Assembly: GCA_030427125.1 (NCBI GenBank)
Contig: JAUHXF010000001.1
Span: 116,102 to 180,101 of the forward strand
DNA length: 64,000 nt
Reading direction: 5' to 3'
DNA from: a bacterium
GTDB taxonomy: Bacteria; Patescibacteriota; Saccharimonadia; Saccharimonadales; SZUA-47
A program made the translations under genes and the position numbers. The stretch's first letter is position 1; every line of letters starts with the position of its first letter. This document shows, piece after piece, positions 10,986 through 19,823 of the stretch. Under the pieces are notes generated by a model that saw only the letters and a program-made list of their open reading frames with translations, ran no database searches and was not told the origin of the DNA.

Positions 10986-11327
10986 ATGGCTGAATTATTG
11001 ACTGTTGATCATGAAGGTCAGAGGTTTCCTGTGTCTAGAATTGGGCGAGATGATCCGATTACGTTTGTCATGCCCTTTTCGTGTGTGCGGTGGGACGATA
11101 AAGGTAAGGTGACTTTTCAGCGAGAGTCGCTTCAAGCGGATATCGACAGTAGTGTTGATCCGCCACATGTAGAAGTATTGCATTTGGTGTTACCTCCTGA
11201 CGGTGGCGAGATAGTGAGCCCTGCAACGGCAGATCAAGTAGGATATCTTGCGGCCTGTGCTGAAGTAGATCTTCCTGGGCATTCAGGTGTTGCTGAGCTT
11301 CGTGATTATGCAAACAGGATGCAATGA
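10986..11327 (+). CDS. Hypothetical protein between recA and recX
   Basis: ATG 1 nt after the recA stop, ATGA overlap with recX; no recognised motif. Confidence 0.6.
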   Translation: MAELLTVDHEGQRFPVSRIGRDDPITFVMPFSCVRWDDKGKVTFQRESLQADIDSSVDPPHVEVLHLVLPPDGGEIVSPATADQVGYLAACAEVDLPGHSGVAELRDYANRMQ

Positions 11328-11953
11328 AGATTACTGCGATTAAGGCCCAGGTAAAAAATGAGAACCGAGTATCTATATTTGTTGACGGGAAGTACTCGGT
11401 TAGTCTGACACTTGATCAGTTATTGGGACAGAAGCTGAAGAAAGATGATGAAATTGATGATGCACGCATAAAAGAGCTGAAAAAACTGTCTGATGAGGGC
11501 AAGCTGAAAGCTCGAGCAACCGAGTGGCTGATGAATCGACCACATTCGGTGCGGGAGTTTCGAGATTATATGTTTAAAAAGCGTGCTGAAAAAGAGCTAA
11601 CAGAAGCTTGGATCGAAGAGTTTACTGATAAAAAGCTTCTGAACGAAGAGCATTTTGCTCGCTGGTTTGCAGAAAACCGCGCACGAAAAAAGAAATCTAA
11701 CCGCGAAATCTCTGCAGAACTTGCAAGCAAGGGGATTTCACGAGAGGTGGCCTCGACTGTACTGACGGAATTACGTGAAGAGAAAACAGAAGAAGAATCA
11801 CTAGCCGAATTAGTGCAAAAACTCCGTAAGAGAACTCGCTACCAAGATGAGCAGAAATTGAAAACATACTTAGTCTCAAAAGGGTTTCGCTATGACGACA
11901 TCAAGCATGCACTTGAAGAAAGTGAAGCGAAATCCGATTTAAATCCGATTTAA
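11324..11953 (+). CDS. recX: Regulatory protein RecX (long, Gram-positive-type N-terminus)
   Basis: MKITAIKAQVKN..RVSIFVDG, R.HS..E, LNEEHFA, EL..KGI, L.SKGF.YD. Confidence 0.92.
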   Translation: MKITAIKAQVKNENRVSIFVDGKYSVSLTLDQLLGQKLKKDDEIDDARIKELKKLSDEGKLKARATEWLMNRPHSVREFRDYMFKKRAEKELTEAWIEEFTDKKLLNEEHFARWFAENRARKKKSNREISAELASKGISREVASTVLTELREEKTEEESLAELVQKLRKRTRYQDEQKLKTYLVSKGFRYDDIKHALEESEAKSDLNPI

Positions 11954-11962
11954 ATCGGATTT
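11930..11962. repeat. Three tandem 11-bp palindromic units AAATC(C/G)GATTT
   Basis: AAATCCGATTT-AAATCCGATTT-AAATCGGATTT read directly; second copy at 53654-53686. Confidence 0.9.
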
Positions 11963-11967
11963 GTGTA

Positions 11968-12489
11968 CTAGGCTGCTGCCGCTGCAGGAGATCCTGCACC
12001 CACGCGCACGCTCGTGTCTCGAACGATGATTGCTTTGTTATTAATCTCAACGATCTGATTACGGTCAACAACGAGATCTTGCTTCGTGAGGCCTCGTACT
12101 GCACCGCGTGATACGTACAGTTTCTGAATGAGCATATTCTGGTCGTTCACTGTGTAATTAACTACTTTACCAAGTCGATGTTTTTGGTCTGTCTTGACAG
12201 TCTTGCCAATTACTTCGAAACGCATGTGTAGTAAATTCTCCATCCGCACCAAATCCTCGGGGTGTGTAATCGCATCATGATCGTTCACGATGAAGCCACG
12301 AGCAACAATTTCACGTATTTCGGTGGCCGGTAGCACCATCTCTTCTTTATTGCGCGTTTCTGTTGCGAACCATCCCTCGATACGTAAGTTAGCAGGGTTG
12401 ATAATCGGTGCATATGCATGACCGATAGGAGCACCGACACGCAAGCTCATAATGTCTTTATCGGTATAGTATTCTGAAAACCTCAGCAT
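11968..12489 (-). CDS. Tandem PRC-barrel domain protein
   Basis: Two PRC-like repeats (G..IG....IINP.NLRI; IGKTVKT...RLGKV.NY); start moved to ATG 12489, 6 nt after TATACT. Confidence 0.8.
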   Translation of the reverse strand: MLRFSEYYTDKDIMSLRVGAPIGHAYAPIINPANLRIEGWFATETRNKEEMVLPATEIREIVARGFIVNDHDAITHPEDLVRMENLLHMRFEVIGKTVKTDQKHRLGKVVNYTVNDQNMLIQKLYVSRGAVRGLTKQDLVVDRNQIVEINNKAIIVRDTSVRVGAGSPAAAAA

Positions 12490-12510
12490 AGCTTTAGTAT
12501 AATACACTCC

Positions 12511-12984
12511 ATGAAGGCCTGTTTTGAGACAAATAGCGAGATGGAGACTCAAGCATTAGGTATAAAAATTGGAAAAGTTCTTCATGGCGGCGAGATTATA
12601 GAGCTCTCAAGTGATGTTGGGGGTGGTAAAACTACATTAACCAAGGCTATAGCTAAGGGCGCGGGCTCGACGGACCTCGTTCACTCGCCTACGTTTACCG
12701 TCTCAAATGTTTATCAGGCAAAAGACCTGGAGATTCATCACTATGACTTTTACCGTATTGATCAGTTGGGTCTAATGAGTGAAGAATTAGGAGAAGTTAT
12801 AGATAACCCAAAAGCAGTTGTGATTATTGAGTGGGCGGGAGAGGCTCATGACTTACTGCCGACAGAAAAGCTTACACGTGTAACTTTGAGCCGAACAGGC
12901 AGGGGTGAAAATAGCCGTAGTCTAGAGATTGAAACAAACGCTGCTTTTCTTAAAAAAGCGGATCTAGGAGAGTCGTCATGTTGA
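12511..12984 (+). CDS. tsaE: t6A biosynthesis ATPase TsaE
   Basis: DVGGGKTT, V.SPTF, HYDFYR, IEW. Confidence 0.95.
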   Translation: MKACFETNSEMETQALGIKIGKVLHGGEIIELSSDVGGGKTTLTKAIAKGAGSTDLVHSPTFTVSNVYQAKDLEIHHYDFYRIDQLGLMSEELGEVIDNPKAVVIIEWAGEAHDLLPTEKLTRVTLSRTGRGENSRSLEIETNAAFLKKADLGESSC

Positions 12985-13361
12985 TGTTAGCGTTGCGCAC
13001 AGACAAACCGGAGGCCGAGCTGTATTTATACGAAAATGGAGTTGAATTGGGCAGCGTAGTCTGGCAAGCACACCGGCAACTTGCAGAAACGCTTCACAAG
13101 AAAATTGTAGAGCTATTGAACGAGAACAGTAAAGACCAACAATCTCTAGAGAAAATTGGGGCATATGAAGGTCCTGGTTCTTTTACGGGTTTGAGGATTG
13201 GATTAAGCGTCGCTAACACACTTTCATATGCACTACAAATACCTATTGTCGGTGCTAGTGGGGATGATTGGCTCAATCAATGCGTGCAATTTGACGGCTC
13301 GATGGAGCCTGTCATTCCGCAGTATGGTGCAGACCCTCACATCACCAAACAAAAGAAGTAA
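12978..13361 (+). CDS. tsaB: t6A biosynthesis protein TsaB (short form)
   Basis: GPGSFTGLRIG signature; only about 127 aa. Confidence 0.9.
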   Translation: MLMLALRTDKPEAELYLYENGVELGSVVWQAHRQLAETLHKKIVELLNENSKDQQSLEKIGAYEGPGSFTGLRIGLSVANTLSYALQIPIVGASGDDWLNQCVQFDGSMEPVIPQYGADPHITKQKK

Positions 13362-13434
13362 AACCTGGAAGTACAGACATTAGATAGATTGTGAAGCACG
13401 TATAGTAGGTCGAACCAGAATAATCGCGCGCTAT

Positions 13435-13455
13435 TGCAGAGGTCCGACCTCTGCA
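13435..13455. repeat. Perfect 21-bp palindrome TGCAGAGGTC-C-GACCTCTGCA
   Basis: Read directly; REP-like or operator-like. Confidence 0.75.
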
Positions 13456-13631
13456 TGGATGTAGATGTATAAGGTTCAGAAGCAATTTGAAGAAGTATAA
13501 AAATTGAAATTGCAAAAAATTTGCAATTTTAATCTGAGAGTAGATTGATGATGAGAAGTAAAAATAAAGCAGAGTTAATGGCTAGTTAGCACACGAGTGA
13601 TGTGCAATAGTCAACAATAAGCATAAACGAC

Positions 13632-13660
13632 TTGACACACATAACAGATACACTTATAGT
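13632..13660 (+). promoter_or_regulatory. Sigma70-type promoter for the sortase-substrate genes
   Basis: TTGACA-17 nt-TATAGT. Confidence 0.75.
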
Positions 13661-13740
13661 CGTCTTTGTAGTAATTAAAAACACATAACTTATAAGACAA
13701 AGAATCTCGCACAAAACTCTTTGTTGAAAGGGCGTAAAAC

Positions 13741-15564
13741 ATGAAATCAAATATTATAAAACTTGTTGGAGTGCAGGCTTTGCTAGTATTCGCGGCTTTG
13801 TTGTTCGGTGGAGCTAGCGCAAATGCTGCTGCCGACACATGTGTCTGGACCGGTGGTGGAACTGGAACAGTAGATTCCGGGGCAAATACAATCACATTTA
13901 ACGTTAACGACGCGTCTAACTGGAGCACTTGTGATAACGGTGCTATTCCAGAAGCAGGCGATACGCTCGAATTCCCAGCTAACCTTGCAGACGTAGATCC
14001 TGGAGACACAATTGATGATAATGACGAGTGGCAGTGGACGTATATAGTGAATAATGACTTGGCTGCTGATACAGCTTTTGCAGCGATAAACTTCACTGGA
14101 GACGCCGGGGACGACAATGTCAACAATGACGGTTATAAGCTTGCGGGTAATGCAATTCAGTTAAACGGAGACATTACTTTGGGGTATAACACTTATAACG
14201 AACGGCCGGAGATTCGACTAGATGTTGAAGCGCTAACCGATGTGGCGTTAGGGGTTGGTTTTGGTTCAAATTCAACACTTACTTATGGTGCGAATGAATT
14301 AACCTTAGGAAGTAATGGGTATCCTTCTTTTAGCGCAGAATTCAACGGTACTGGTGTCATAAATATTGGGCAAGCAAACTTTAACTTAGCAAGCACGAGC
14401 TCAATTGGCTCCTCTATAGTGGTTCAAGACGACAGGCGAATTTATGTGGATCTTAATTCACCTCTTAACGACTCAGGGCTCACAATCACGTTAGGTGATG
14501 GTGCCAGCATGGATATCAGCTCGTCACAGGCAGATTTTGATACCCTAAATACCAACATAGTATTTGTAGGAAGCGGCACCACAACATCTTATTCAACTAG
14601 TAATAATTATTCAGATCCTTCAAGTTCAGTCGAGGTTGAGAATTATAGAGGGTCAATTAGCGGGTCAGAATATAACCCTGAAACAGAAAAAACAACTCTA
14701 TTTGGTATAACACTAGCTGGCGATATGACATTGTCCAGCGATACAGTTTTACAATTACGCAGTGATGCTGAAATTACAGGTGATATTAGTGGTGAATATG
14801 AGATATCGTTAATGGCAGGTTCCGTTGGGCGTCTGGCTATTAGCAGCGAGAATAATGACAGTGAAACAAGTGGTACATTGTCTGCAGAAATGATCACTTT
14901 TAATCTGTTTGACGAAGCATTTGATATATGGCTTGCGGCAGGTAGAATCGGCATTTTGTCTCCAGATGAGGAGATTGATGACAAGCTAACTGTAATTCAG
15001 GGGGCTCGTTTACAGGGCGAAGGACAAGTAGCGGGACTAGAAGTACAGACTGGTGCGGTTGTAGCACCCGGAAATAGTCCAGGTTGTATTGTGTCTGACG
15101 GTGACCTAGAGCTGAACGGTACATACGAGTTTGAGATAGAAGAAGATACTGAATGTACCGGGTACGATCAGCTCGATGTGACAGGTGCAGTCGACATTAC
15201 TGGTGCGACTCTAGAGATATCACTTCTAGACGATTACAACTTCGATGTTGATACTGAGTTTATCTTGATAAATAATGATGGCTCAGATGATGTGACGGGT
15301 GAATTTGATGGGCTTGAGGAAGGTGACACAATCACCGTTGATGGCAATGATTTCGAAATTAGCTACGAAGGTGGTGATGGAAATGATGTATCAGTTCTCG
15401 CAATAAGCATATCTGATGAAAATGCTGCTTCTGAAGAGGCTCCTGGAGCTCCTGATACAGGTGTTGGTTCACTCATGCAGAATCCGATGGTAACACTATT
15501 AGCAGCAGTGCTCGCAGCTGGTGCGATAGTTGGATTGCGAAAAGTACAAAGCTCACGAAACTAA
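13741..15564 (+). CDS. Secreted acidic beta-rich surface protein with sortase-type sorting signal (APDTG)
   Basis: Signal peptide (ANA-A), autotransporter-passenger-like repeats, PGNSPG...YDQLDVTG...GGDGNDV domain, APDTG + TM + basic tail. Confidence 0.85.
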   Translation: MKSNIIKLVGVQALLVFAALLFGGASANAAADTCVWTGGGTGTVDSGANTITFNVNDASNWSTCDNGAIPEAGDTLEFPANLADVDPGDTIDDNDEWQWTYIVNNDLAADTAFAAINFTGDAGDDNVNNDGYKLAGNAIQLNGDITLGYNTYNERPEIRLDVEALTDVALGVGFGSNSTLTYGANELTLGSNGYPSFSAEFNGTGVINIGQANFNLASTSSIGSSIVVQDDRRIYVDLNSPLNDSGLTITLGDGASMDISSSQADFDTLNTNIVFVGSGTTTSYSTSNNYSDPSSSVEVENYRGSISGSEYNPETEKTTLFGITLAGDMTLSSDTVLQLRSDAEITGDISGEYEISLMAGSVGRLAISSENNDSETSGTLSAEMITFNLFDEAFDIWLAAGRIGILSPDEEIDDKLTVIQGARLQGEGQVAGLEVQTGAVVAPGNSPGCIVSDGDLELNGTYEFEIEEDTECTGYDQLDVTGAVDITGATLEISLLDDYNFDVDTEFILINNDGSDDVTGEFDGLEEGDTITVDGNDFEISYEGGDGNDVSVLAISISDENAASEEAPGAPDTGVGSLMQNPMVTLLAAVLAAGAIVGLRKVQSSRN

Positions 15565-15588
15565 AAAAAGAAAAAAGGAGAAAGAAAA

Positions 15589-16818
15589 ATGAGCAAAATG
15601 AAAAAAGTAAAAGCAGCCGTTCTCTCGACGGTAGTTGGTGCAATGTCGCCACTCGCAATGATTGCACCTGCGTCGGCAATTACAAATACTTGGACAGGCT
15701 TTGACGAGTCGAGCAATAATTGGAACAATTCAGACAACTGGTCATCTGGTTTCGGTCCAGGCAACGGTGACACATTAATTTTTCCTACATCAGCTCGATA
15801 TCAAGTTACGGAAAATGATATTGCGGGAACACTAGAGCTTGTAAGTATTATTTTCAACGGGGAATTTGACCCCGTTAACAACAGTTCAAAAGACTTCAGT
15901 ATTGAAGGCGGTTCAATAGAAATTTCAGACTCTATTCAAGCTAAAATGACTGGCAATGGCGGTAATCATACAATAGACTCTGATGTTGTGCTTGGTGATG
16001 ATGTTACTTTCAGTACCTCAGGAGTAGACACTTTAACAGTAGGTGGTGACGAAACGACACTTGATCTTGCGGGTAACGCACTTACATTGAGCGCTTCAGG
16101 TGGAACCATTACTATACAAGGTGTGATCGATGGTGAAGGAAGCGTAGAAGTCGCTAAAGGTAGAGTGAACATGCTTGCTGAGCCTGGCGATGACTATGAT
16201 GCGACAACAACAGTGTCTGGCGGTGAATATATCGTATCTGCAACAAGCCAGGGTAGTGTCACAATCGATGGTGGTGTACTTAAGGGAGAAAGTGGTGACA
16301 CAGGACTTCTAGGTACGGTAACACTCAATGACGGTTCAATTGAGCCGGGTATGAGCCCAGGCTGTCTCAATGTTTCAGAGTTAGTCCTCAATGGTGGTAC
16401 ATACGAAGTCGAACTTGAAGGCAATGCACAGTGTACAGAGTATGACTCTACAGCTGTAGCTGGCGATGTTGATCTCGGTGAAGGAGATGTGACGCTGGAT
16501 ATTCAAAGACTATCAAGCTTTGAGCCAGAAGTAGATGATGTGTTTGCAATCATTACTTACTCTGATGACTCCGATGTAAGTGGCTATTTTGAAGGTCTCG
16601 AAGATGGTGAATCTGTAACACTCGCTGAGTACACATATGAGATTAACTATGACGATGATGATGCTGTCACGTTAACGGTGCTTGGAACACCAGAAGCACC
16701 ATATACGGGTGTTGGGTCGCTGCTAAACAGTCCGTTGCTTACGCTAAGTGCAGCTGGAGCAGTGTTAGTTGTTCTTGGTGCAACACGGTACGCACAAGTG
16801 AAGAAGACGCAAAAGTAA
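15589..16818 (+). CDS. Paralogous secreted surface protein with sortase-type sorting signal (APYTG)
   Basis: Signal peptide (ASA-I), W.G...W....NW motif, PGMSPGCL domain, APYTG + TM + KKTQK. Confidence 0.85.
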   Translation: MSKMKKVKAAVLSTVVGAMSPLAMIAPASAITNTWTGFDESSNNWNNSDNWSSGFGPGNGDTLIFPTSARYQVTENDIAGTLELVSIIFNGEFDPVNNSSKDFSIEGGSIEISDSIQAKMTGNGGNHTIDSDVVLGDDVTFSTSGVDTLTVGGDETTLDLAGNALTLSASGGTITIQGVIDGEGSVEVAKGRVNMLAEPGDDYDATTTVSGGEYIVSATSQGSVTIDGGVLKGESGDTGLLGTVTLNDGSIEPGMSPGCLNVSELVLNGGTYEVELEGNAQCTEYDSTAVAGDVDLGEGDVTLDIQRLSSFEPEVDDVFAIITYSDDSDVSGYFEGLEDGESVTLAEYTYEINYDDDDAVTLTVLGTPEAPYTGVGSLLNSPLLTLSAAGAVLVVLGATRYAQVKKTQK

Positions 16819-16838
16819 GTTAAAAAGTAAAACGGAAT

Positions 16839-16876
16839 AACATCACACCCCGGGCGCAACTAAGGGGTGTGATGTT
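16839..16876 (+). terminator. 13-bp-stem hairpin between the substrates and the sortase
   Basis: AACATCACACCCC-12 nt-GGGGTGTGATGTT. Confidence 0.65.
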
Positions 16877-16890
16877 TCAAAAGAAAAAAC

Positions 16891-18006
16891 ATGGGTGCAC
16901 AATCACAATCAAACTCAAATCGACTTTCGCTGAATAGTTCAGTGTTTGCTGGTCGTGTAAAGAAGTTCGATACATATGAACCACGACCAGCTCAACAGCA
17001 GCGACCTATTCAGCGTACATCGATACAGCAGGTAGCTCAGAAAAAGATAGTTGCTCCACAGCCGCTCGCCATAGCTAAGCCAGTGGCTCAAATGAGGCCT
17101 GCTGTTTTGAAGAAGCCAGTGTTGAAGCAGCCCGCAGCAGTAGAAAAGCCTAGCCTATACAGAGCTATCCCTAAGCAGAATGTTGGTGATCAAGAACAGT
17201 CAATGCGTCCGACACATACACTTGCTATGCAGGCAGTTGGCCAATCTAACGCAAAGCAGAAATCAGTGCTTGCTGATCAGTTTGAAGAATCGCTTTATAT
17301 GAACGCTAATAAGCCAAAGCAGGAAAAATCTAAGTTGGTTACCGCGATGAACACGGTGGCAGTTATTGTGTTTATCTTTGCGAGTGCGGTTAGCGTGCAA
17401 ACTCTGTTGACTAATCGGCAGACCCAGGATGTACTCGCCGACAAAGCCGAGCAAGTTCAAACAGCAGATGCGCAGGGAGTTTCTGAAGGAACTGGTCGTG
17501 ATCCTGCTGAAGAGCCTGTGCCAGATAACGCTATTATTAACTACCAGGTAGCGCCAGAGTTGCCTAGATACCTAAGCATCCCAGACATCGGCGTATTTGC
17601 ACGTATTAAGCACACGGGTCGGGATGACAGCGGGGCAGTTGATGCGCCACGCAATATACATGACGTTAGTTGGTATACAGAAAGTGCTAAGCCAGGAAAT
17701 GCCATCGGTGCTTCGTTGCTTCTCGGGCATGTTCAAGGCTGGAGTGCGCCAGGAGTGTTTAAGGAAATTGACAAGCTGCAGCCCGGAGCTCGTTTCACCG
17801 TTGAAAAAGGTAGCGGAGAGACGATTACCTATGAAGTAACAAGGGGTCAAGAATACTCACTTGAAGAATTGAACATGGGCAAAATTCTAAGCGCTGAAGA
17901 GTCCGGAGAGCACGATATGAAGCTGATGACATGCGCTGGAGCGTTTGACGCATCGACAGAAAGCTATATGTCGCGCTATGTTGTCTATGCAAAAGTTGTT
18001 CGATAA
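16891..18006 (+). CDS. Class F sortase
   Basis: Low-complexity N-terminus, TM, P..LSIP.IGV, WY..S.KPG, LLGH, LMTCAG...RYVV catalytic His/Cys/Arg. Confidence 0.92.
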   Translation: MGAQSQSNSNRLSLNSSVFAGRVKKFDTYEPRPAQQQRPIQRTSIQQVAQKKIVAPQPLAIAKPVAQMRPAVLKKPVLKQPAAVEKPSLYRAIPKQNVGDQEQSMRPTHTLAMQAVGQSNAKQKSVLADQFEESLYMNANKPKQEKSKLVTAMNTVAVIVFIFASAVSVQTLLTNRQTQDVLADKAEQVQTADAQGVSEGTGRDPAEEPVPDNAIINYQVAPELPRYLSIPDIGVFARIKHTGRDDSGAVDAPRNIHDVSWYTESAKPGNAIGASLLLGHVQGWSAPGVFKEIDKLQPGARFTVEKGSGETITYEVTRGQEYSLEELNMGKILSAEESGEHDMKLMTCAGAFDASTESYMSRYVVYAKVVR

Positions 18007-18197
18007 ACCATTGCACTGAAGTGCCTTGACGTCGTATGATTATTGCAAGTTTACGTCCCAAAAGTGTGAGTGGATATAAGCTTTATTGAATTTTATTATA
18101 TTTCGATTTATTGTTGCAGTTCGATTGACTAATGAAGTGATAGTGACGTCACAGAAGGCTGTAACAGCTCGATACAAAAAGAAAGGAAGGTCCAATA

Positions 18198-19712
18198 ATG
18201 GATCCGATTACCATTGTTGCAGCTGTGGTGGCTGCTGGTGTTGGCTTTGGTGCTAGCAACTACACGACGAAACAAAAGATAGGTTCAGCTGAAGAGAAAG
18301 CTACTAAAGAGCTCGAAAAAGCCAAGCGTGAAGGTAAAAAAGCAGTAGAAGAGGCTAAAGAAGAAGCACATAAAATTGCCGAAGAAGCACGTAAAGATGA
18401 AAAAAAGCGTCGCGATGAAATCAAAGAGGTTGAAAAACGGCTGTTGGATCGTGAGACTAATTTAGACAAGAAGCTTGATGAACTTGATAAGCGCGCTGAA
18501 AAACTACGAAAAGGTGAAGATGAAGTCGAAGCACTCAAGAACGAGATTCGTGATATTCGGACCAGGCAGCAGGACAAGCTCGAGAAGATTGCTAAGCTAA
18601 AGAAGACCGAAGCAGCTGAAAAGCTTATGGCAATGACCGAACGTGATATTAAAGGTGATCTCGAAGGCCTTGTTGCGAAGTTGCAGAACGAAGCCAAAGA
18701 GAATGCAGAAGAACTTGCCGGGACCGCAATCGTTGAGGCAATGGAACGTATGGCTTCTGAAGTGACAGCAGAGCGCACAATCAGCGCGTTGAAACTAACC
18801 GACGACGAAATGAAAGGTCGAATTATCGGTAAAGAAGGCCGAAATATCCAGGCTATTCAGAAAGCCACTGGCGTAGATGTCATGGTTGATGACACGCCTG
18901 GTATGGTTGTGTTGAGCTCATTCGATCCTATTCGTCGTGCCGTGGCGGTTCGAGTGATGGAGATGCTCATGAAAGACGGCCGAATCCATCCTGGTCGGAT
19001 TGAAGAAGTTGTTGAAAAAGCGCAGAAAGAAATTCATAAAGACGTGATGCGCGCGGGTGAAGACGCTGCGCGTGAAGTTGGTATTGTCGGCATTCCGAAA
19101 GAAGTACTCGAGCTCATTGGGCAACTCAAGTATCGAACAAGCTATGGTCAGAATGTCTTGAAGCACTCAACCGAAATGGCGCATATGGCAGGGATCCTCG
19201 CTGAGCAAGTTGGCGCTGATGTGAAGACGGCAAAGTACGCAGCGCTTATTCACGATATGGGCAAGGCACTGACGCACAAGATGGAAGGAAAGCATCACCA
19301 TATCTCCGGTGAAATGGCTCGAAAGTATGGAGTGCCTGAAGCGGTAGCACAAGCTGCGGAACAACATCATGACGATGTTGAGGCGACAAGTACCGAGGCA
19401 ATCATTATTCGGGTAGTTGATGCAATATCCGCTGCTCGTCCAGGTGCACGAAACATTTCTGCAGAGAACTTCGCAGAACGAATGAAGGATCTTGAGAATA
19501 CTGCACTTTCATTTGAAGGTGTCGATAAAGCATACGCAATTAGTGCAGGTCGTGAAGTTCGTGTTTTCGTTAAGCCAACCAAGCTCGACGATCTCGGAGC
19601 GATTAAGCTTGCTCGTGATGTTGCAAATAAGATCGAATCGACGATGCAATACCCAGGTACGATTAAGGTGAATGTCATCCGCGAAACTCGTGCTATAGAA
19701 TTCGCTAAGTAG
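18198..19712 (+). CDS. rny: Ribonuclease Y
   Basis: N-terminal TM, coiled coil, KH (KGRIIGKEGRNI), HD (IHDMGK), SAARPGAR. Confidence 0.98.
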   Translation: MDPITIVAAVVAAGVGFGASNYTTKQKIGSAEEKATKELEKAKREGKKAVEEAKEEAHKIAEEARKDEKKRRDEIKEVEKRLLDRETNLDKKLDELDKRAEKLRKGEDEVEALKNEIRDIRTRQQDKLEKIAKLKKTEAAEKLMAMTERDIKGDLEGLVAKLQNEAKENAEELAGTAIVEAMERMASEVTAERTISALKLTDDEMKGRIIGKEGRNIQAIQKATGVDVMVDDTPGMVVLSSFDPIRRAVAVRVMEMLMKDGRIHPGRIEEVVEKAQKEIHKDVMRAGEDAAREVGIVGIPKEVLELIGQLKYRTSYGQNVLKHSTEMAHMAGILAEQVGADVKTAKYAALIHDMGKALTHKMEGKHHHISGEMARKYGVPEAVAQAAEQHHDDVEATSTEAIIIRVVDAISAARPGARNISAENFAERMKDLENTALSFEGVDKAYAISAGREVRVFVKPTKLDDLGAIKLARDVANKIESTMQYPGTIKVNVIRETRAIEFAK

Positions 19713-19735
19713 CTAAATTCTACAACGCATTACGC

Positions 19736-19792
19736 TTGTGGCTACCCCTGTATTTTGGCTATACTGTTATAGATAGCTGAAAACAGGGGTAG
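19736..19792 (+). promoter_or_regulatory. Promoter embedded in an inverted repeat upstream of the giant surface protein
   Basis: TTGTGG-18-TATACT; arms CTACCCCTGT (19742-19751) and ACAGGGGTAG (19783-19792). Confidence 0.6.
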
Positions 19793-19823
19793 TTCTATTT
19801 CTGCGAGGATAGATCGATCGGTA

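Noticed and set aside
11930-11962. CRISPR array
   Set aside because: The units are 11 bp, contiguous and have no spacers; no cas genes
12978-13361. tsaB pseudogene (short)
   Set aside because: The signature motif is intact, the ORF ends cleanly with a P.Y...P motif, and there is no downstream remnant; this fits a naturally minimal form
13586-13610. CIRCE/HrcA operator (TTAGCAC...)
   Set aside because: Spacing and right arm do not fit TTAGCACTC-N9-GAGTGCTAA, and no chaperone gene follows
13705-13740. c-di-GMP-I riboswitch-like segment (AAAC...GGGCGTAAA)
   Set aside because: No GNRA loop, and no room for the second hairpin before the start codon
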